Shown here: positions 60,103 through 64,000 of the stretch, one piece after another
Layout of the letters: each line of letters begins with the position of its first letter
How positions within the stretch are numbered: position 1 is the stretch's first letter
Assembly: GCA_018819015.1 (NCBI GenBank)
Contig: JAHJQY010000019.1
Span: 3,239-67,238 of the forward strand
DNA: 64,000 bases
Origin: Patescibacteria group bacterium
Lineage (GTDB): Bacteria; Patescibacteriota; Minisyncoccia; JAHISW01; Tagabacteraceae
Direction of reading: 5' to 3'
Notes under the pieces: model-generated
The model's database searches: none
What the model saw: the letters and a program-made list of their open reading frames with translations, nothing else
Told to the model about the DNA's origin: nothing
Position numbers and translations under genes: made by a program

Positions 60103-62481
60103 ATGAGCGATATAAATATTGTTATTAAAGAAACGGAAGTTTCTGTTGAAGAAGCGACGGCTTCTGAAGGTAAATGGGAAAGAATTTCTTATTATCTTTT
60201 GCTTGCCCTGGCTTTTATTTTGCCTTTCGGGGCAATTTCTTTCAGTGGATTTTCTTTGAGCGTCAGCAAATTTTTGCTGGTTTTTGTTTTTGTTTTATTG
60301 TCCGCCATTTTTTATCTGATGCACATTTTGCAGGATGGTAAATTCAAATATCCCAAAAGCACGGCGCTTTTGGCTTTTTCTTTTATACTATTGGTTGTAT
60401 TTGTTTCTTCGTTGTTCTCTTTTTCTTTCTCGCAGTCGTTTTTTGGCATTGAAGGGGAAATAGGCACATTTGTTTCTCTTTTTATTTTAGCGGTTGCCAT
60501 GTTTCTTGCCTCTGTGCTTTTTAGGTCCGAAGAAAAATTCTTAACATTTTTCTTTCTGCTTATAATTTCTTCGCTCATTGTTTTTGTTTATCAGTTGCTG
60601 CACTTGTTTCTTGGTGTAAATTTTTGGGGGTTTTTGCCCAATAAAACAGACACTCTTGTTGGGAACTGGAATGAGCTGGGGATTTTTTTCGGCCTCATTG
60701 CGTTAATTTCCATTTTTGTTTTGGAGTCTTTTGACGGCAAGCTTAGCAATTTAAGATTAAGCCGTGGCTGGCGCATTTTTTTGTTTATTGTTCTGGGTGT
60801 CTCGGTTTTAACAATGATTTTTGTGAATTTTACGACTATTTGGCTTGTTTTGGGCTTCTTGTTGTTGATTTTTCTTGTTTATCTGTTTTCGTTTTTCAAA
60901 GAAAAGCGTAATTTTGTGGGATTGCCGCTTTCAATTATTTTGATTTCTTTGTTTTTTATTTTGGCCCAGCCAATTGTTGCCGATTTAATTTCTGTCGCAG
61001 AGTTGAATATGATAGAAGTAAGGCCTTCTTGGAGTAGCACCATTGAGGTTGTTGAAAAAACTTTAAGCGTTGGAATAAAAAACATTATTTTGGGTTCAGG
61101 CCCTAATACTTTTTCTTATGACTGGATTAAGTTTAAGCCGGCGGAAATAAATCAAACCATTTTTTGGAATACAAGATTTCCAAACGGCATAGGTTTTTTG
61201 CCCACCTTGCTGGCGACTACCGGAGTTTTGGGTATTCTTGGCTGGCTTGTTTTTTTAGGATCGATTATTTATTACGGGGTAAAAACAATCAGCCATTCCG
61301 CTGGCAAGCCGACCATGGGGCTGCTTTTCGGGTCTTTTTTGGCCTCGCTTTATCTTTGGGTTTTCGCGGTCATTTATGTGCCGGGTAATTTTTTGATGAC
61401 CTTAACTTTTTTAGTTACCGGTTTATTTTTGGCGATGCTTGTAAAGGCCGGTTTTCTTAAGATGAAAGAATTTTCTTTTGCGGATAAAGCAAGTTTAAGT
61501 TTTATTTTTTCTTTGCTTCTTGTTTTTGTTTTAATTGGCATAGTGGGCGGCTTTTACGCATTTTTTCAAAAGTATTTGGCGGTTTATTCTTACGCGCAAG
61601 GAATCGAGGCGTTTAATAGCGAGGGGAATCTGGATAAGGCGGAAACTTGTTTTTTAAAAGCAGCGCGTTTTAATCAGAGAGATGTTTATTATCGCGCATT
61701 GAGTGAATTGGGCTTGATTCGTCTTTCTTTGCTTGCGCAAGGGCAATTGCCGCAAGAAGAAGCCCGCGCGCAGTTTCAGAATATTCTTGCCGCCACAATA
61801 CAGAATGCTCAAATTGCGACCGATTTAAACAAATCAGAGCCGCTGAATTGGATGGCGCTTGGGAATGTATACGCGAATATTATTCCTTTCGGCATAAACG
61901 GCGCCCGCGAAGCGGCCTTGGCGGCTTACGGCAAGGCCATGGAAGCGGCTCCAACCGATCCACAGCCGTTTTTTTCGCTGGCTCAGACGGAAGTTCAGTC
62001 CGGAAACAACGAAAGCGCCCGTTCTTATCTGTCCTCCGCCCTTGATTTAAAAGGTAATTACACATCGGCGCTTTTTCTTCTGGCGGGAATTACCGCCCAG
62101 GAGGGGGATTTGGATAACGCGATAAAACAAACCGAAGTTGCCCGGCTTACGGCCCCCAATGATATGGGTGTTCTGTTTCAGCTCGGCATGCTTTATTATC
62201 AAAAGAAAGATTATGACAGCGCGCAGAGGGTTTTGGAAAGAATCGTTGTTCTTAATTCCAATTATTCAAACGCGCGTTATTTCTTGGGTTTAATTTATGA
62301 TAAAAATGGCGATAAAAAGGCGGCGATTGAGCAATTTAAGGTTATACAGTCGTTAAATCCGGATAATGACGAAGTAAAGAAAATTTTGAATAATCTGAAG
62401 AATGGAAATTCTGCGCTGTTTGGCATATCGCCGCCAATGCCGGCGCCGGAAAAAAGGGAAAATCCTCCAGTAGAAGAATAA
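60103..62481 (+). CDS. Polytopic membrane protein (O-antigen ligase-like) with C-terminal TPR domain
   Basis: About 12 TM segments, LGSGPNTF, LATTGVLG; several TPRs (NWMALGNVY, VLFQLGMLYY, NARYFLGLIY). Confidence 0.75.
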   Translation: MSDINIVIKETEVSVEEATASEGKWERISYYLLLALAFILPFGAISFSGFSLSVSKFLLVFVFVLLSAIFYLMHILQDGKFKYPKSTALLAFSFILLVVFVSSLFSFSFSQSFFGIEGEIGTFVSLFILAVAMFLASVLFRSEEKFLTFFFLLIISSLIVFVYQLLHLFLGVNFWGFLPNKTDTLVGNWNELGIFFGLIALISIFVLESFDGKLSNLRLSRGWRIFLFIVLGVSVLTMIFVNFTTIWLVLGFLLLIFLVYLFSFFKEKRNFVGLPLSIILISLFFILAQPIVADLISVAELNMIEVRPSWSSTIEVVEKTLSVGIKNIILGSGPNTFSYDWIKFKPAEINQTIFWNTRFPNGIGFLPTLLATTGVLGILGWLVFLGSIIYYGVKTISHSAGKPTMGLLFGSFLASLYLWVFAVIYVPGNFLMTLTFLVTGLFLAMLVKAGFLKMKEFSFADKASLSFIFSLLLVFVLIGIVGGFYAFFQKYLAVYSYAQGIEAFNSEGNLDKAETCFLKAARFNQRDVYYRALSELGLIRLSLLAQGQLPQEEARAQFQNILAATIQNAQIATDLNKSEPLNWMALGNVYANIIPFGINGAREAALAAYGKAMEAAPTDPQPFFSLAQTEVQSGNNESARSYLSSALDLKGNYTSALFLLAGITAQEGDLDNAIKQTEVARLTAPNDMGVLFQLGMLYYQKKDYDSAQRVLERIVVLNSNYSNARYFLGLIYDKNGDKKAAIEQFKVIQSLNPDNDEVKKILNNLKNGNSALFGISPPMPAPEKRENPPVEE

Positions 62482-62496
62482 AATAAAATTGTTTCC

Positions 62497-64000
62497 GTGC
62501 AAAGATTTATAAAACTTATAAATACAGAAATAAGCGGACTTCATCAAGCTGCCTTTCTCCTGGCCTTTGCCTCTCTTGGGGCAAAGGTCTTGGCTATTTT
62601 CAGGGACAGAATACTTGCGTCAAGTTTCGGGGCGGGGGAAACTCTTGATATTTATTATGCTTCTTTCAGGCTGCCGGATTTATTGTATGTTTTTTCGCTT
62701 TTTCTCGTTTCCGTAACAGCTTTGATTCCGTTAATTTTGGAAAAAAGAGAAGGTTTTGACAGCAAGCATTTTATAAACGAGGTGTTTACAGTTTTTTTTG
62801 CAGTCATGCTTTTTTTGCTGGTCGTTTCTTTTTTTATTCTCCCTTACATTGCTGATATAATTGCGCCCGGTTTTTCTTTGGCCAACAAAGAAATACTGAT
62901 TAAATTCAGCAGAATTATGCTTCTTTCCCCCTTTCTTTTGGGGCTTTCTAATTTGGTTTCCAGTGTTATCCAGTCATTTAGGCGTTTTTTTGTGTATTCT
63001 TTAAGCGGCATTTTGTACAATGCCGGCATAATAATTGGCCTTGTTTTTCTTTATCCCAAATTCGGTTTAAGCGGGATTGTTTGGGGTGTTGTTTTGGGCG
63101 CGTTTTTGCATTTTCTTGTTCAGGTGCCATCGCTTATGGAACTTGGCTATTTGCCGAGATTTACATTTAAGATTCATTTTTCGGAAATCGTGAATGTTGT
63201 CAGATTGTCTTTTCCCCGCACACTGGGGCTGATTTTAAACCAGGTGGTTTTGATGGCCATGACTTCTTTGGCGTCCTTTTTGTTTGCCGGCAGTATTACA
63301 ATTTTTAACCTTGCTTCTAATTTACAGTCTATCCCTTCTGGGATTATCGCGTTGAGTTACAGCACGGCCGCTTTTCCGGCGCTGGCAAGCAATTTTTTGA
63401 AAAAAGAAAAAAAAGAATTTTTGTTTTCCGTTGTTTCGTCTTTTCGGCATATTCTTTTTTGGCTCCTTCCGATAACCGCATTGTTCATCGTTTTGAGGGC
63501 GCAGATTGTGCGCGTGGCCTTGGGCGCGGGCGCTTTTAATTGGACGGATACGCGTCTTACTGCCGCTGCGGTGGCCTTGTTTGCTTTTTCACTTTTTGCG
63601 CAGGGCCTCGTTCTTCTTTTGGTCAGGGCTTTTTACGCTGTCGGCAAAACAAAACCACCCCTGATTATTAATATTATCTCGTCCTTTTTTACGATACTTT
63701 TGGCGGCGGGGTTTCTTGTTTGTTTTAAATATTTTCCGTGCGCGCAGGCATTTTTGGGCCGAATTTTAAGAGTGGAAGGGGTGGCTGGCATTTCTGTTCT
63801 GCTTCTCCCTCTGGCTTATTCAATGGGGTCAATTTTAAATTTCTTTCTTTTGTTTTTGTTTTTTGAGAAAAATTTCGGTCCCATTCTCCATTATTTTAAA
63901 AAATCGCTGATTCAGATAATTTCAGTTTCCGTTTTGGCTGGAACCATTGCTTATTTTTCTTTGGTTGTTTTTGCTCAATTTTTTAATCTTTCCACTTTTG
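62497..64000 (+). CDS. murJ: Lipid II flippase MurJ (MviN), 3'-truncated
   Basis: Absent from the ORF track (no stop in the window). From GTG: MQRFIKLINTEISGLHQAAFLL..LAIFRDRILASSFGAGETLDIYYASFRLPD..YSTAAFPALA..LVRAFYA. Confidence 0.9.
   Translation, partial: MQRFIKLINTEISGLHQAAFLLAFASLGAKVLAIFRDRILASSFGAGETLDIYYASFRLPDLLYVFSLFLVSVTALIPLILEKREGFDSKHFINEVFTVFFAVMLFLLVVSFFILPYIADIIAPGFSLANKEILIKFSRIMLLSPFLLGLSNLVSSVIQSFRRFFVYSLSGILYNAGIIIGLVFLYPKFGLSGIVWGVVLGAFLHFLVQVPSLMELGYLPRFTFKIHFSEIVNVVRLSFPRTLGLILNQVVLMAMTSLASFLFAGSITIFNLASNLQSIPSGIIALSYSTAAFPALASNFLKKEKKEFLFSVVSSFRHILFWLLPITALFIVLRAQIVRVALGAGAFNWTDTRLTAAAVALFAFSLFAQGLVLLLVRAFYAVGKTKPPLIINIISSFFTILLAAGFLVCFKYFPCAQAFLGRILRVEGVAGISVLLLPLAYSMGSILNFFLLFLFFEKNFGPILHYFKKSLIQIISVSVLAGTIAYFSLVVFAQFFNLSTF

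Overview
This is a 64-kb, almost entirely + strand chromosomal segment of a small-genome bacterium. Gene content, a 23S-5S unit with no adjacent 16S, intron-containing rRNA, compact RpoB/RpoC and the typical hypothetical proteins point to Patescibacteria/CPR (Parcubacteria-like; inference). It carries a 5'-truncated S-layer-like surface protein, rplJ-rplL with an L10 leader, and tRNA-Val(CAC). The 23S rRNA has two group I introns (E. coli sites 1917 and 2593), each with a LAGLIDADG homing endonuclease, and is followed by 5S and an unexplained 75-nt CCA-ending structured RNA. Further genes: rodA, glmS, a RAYT (IS200-like HUH) transposase with its REP palindromes, secDF, rpoBC, dnaG, thiI, fmt/def, murA, two mreB, frr, rseP, proS, mreC/mreD/PBP2, greA, lysS, mraZ-rsmH-ftsL-ftsI-murF, tRNA-Glu(CTC), a P-type ATPase, a Na/Ca exchanger, rmuC, RNase P RNA and a 3'-truncated murJ. 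Most notable: (1) two paralogous wHTH + Cas2/PaaX-like genes, each bracketed on both sides by its own pair of 34-40 bp palindromes sharing an ACGATCGT-type core, a candidate undescribed cassette or mobile system; (2) several families of short palindromes inserted in frame into essential proteins (GlmS, ThiI, DnaG, L7/L12, MurF, SecF, RsmH); (3) one hairpin cap (CCGCA-GWAA-TGCGG) reused across 23S rRNA, both introns and RNase P RNA, once in reverse orientation; (4) the tRNA-sized CCA-ending RNA after 5S. All calls were made by eye, without database searches.
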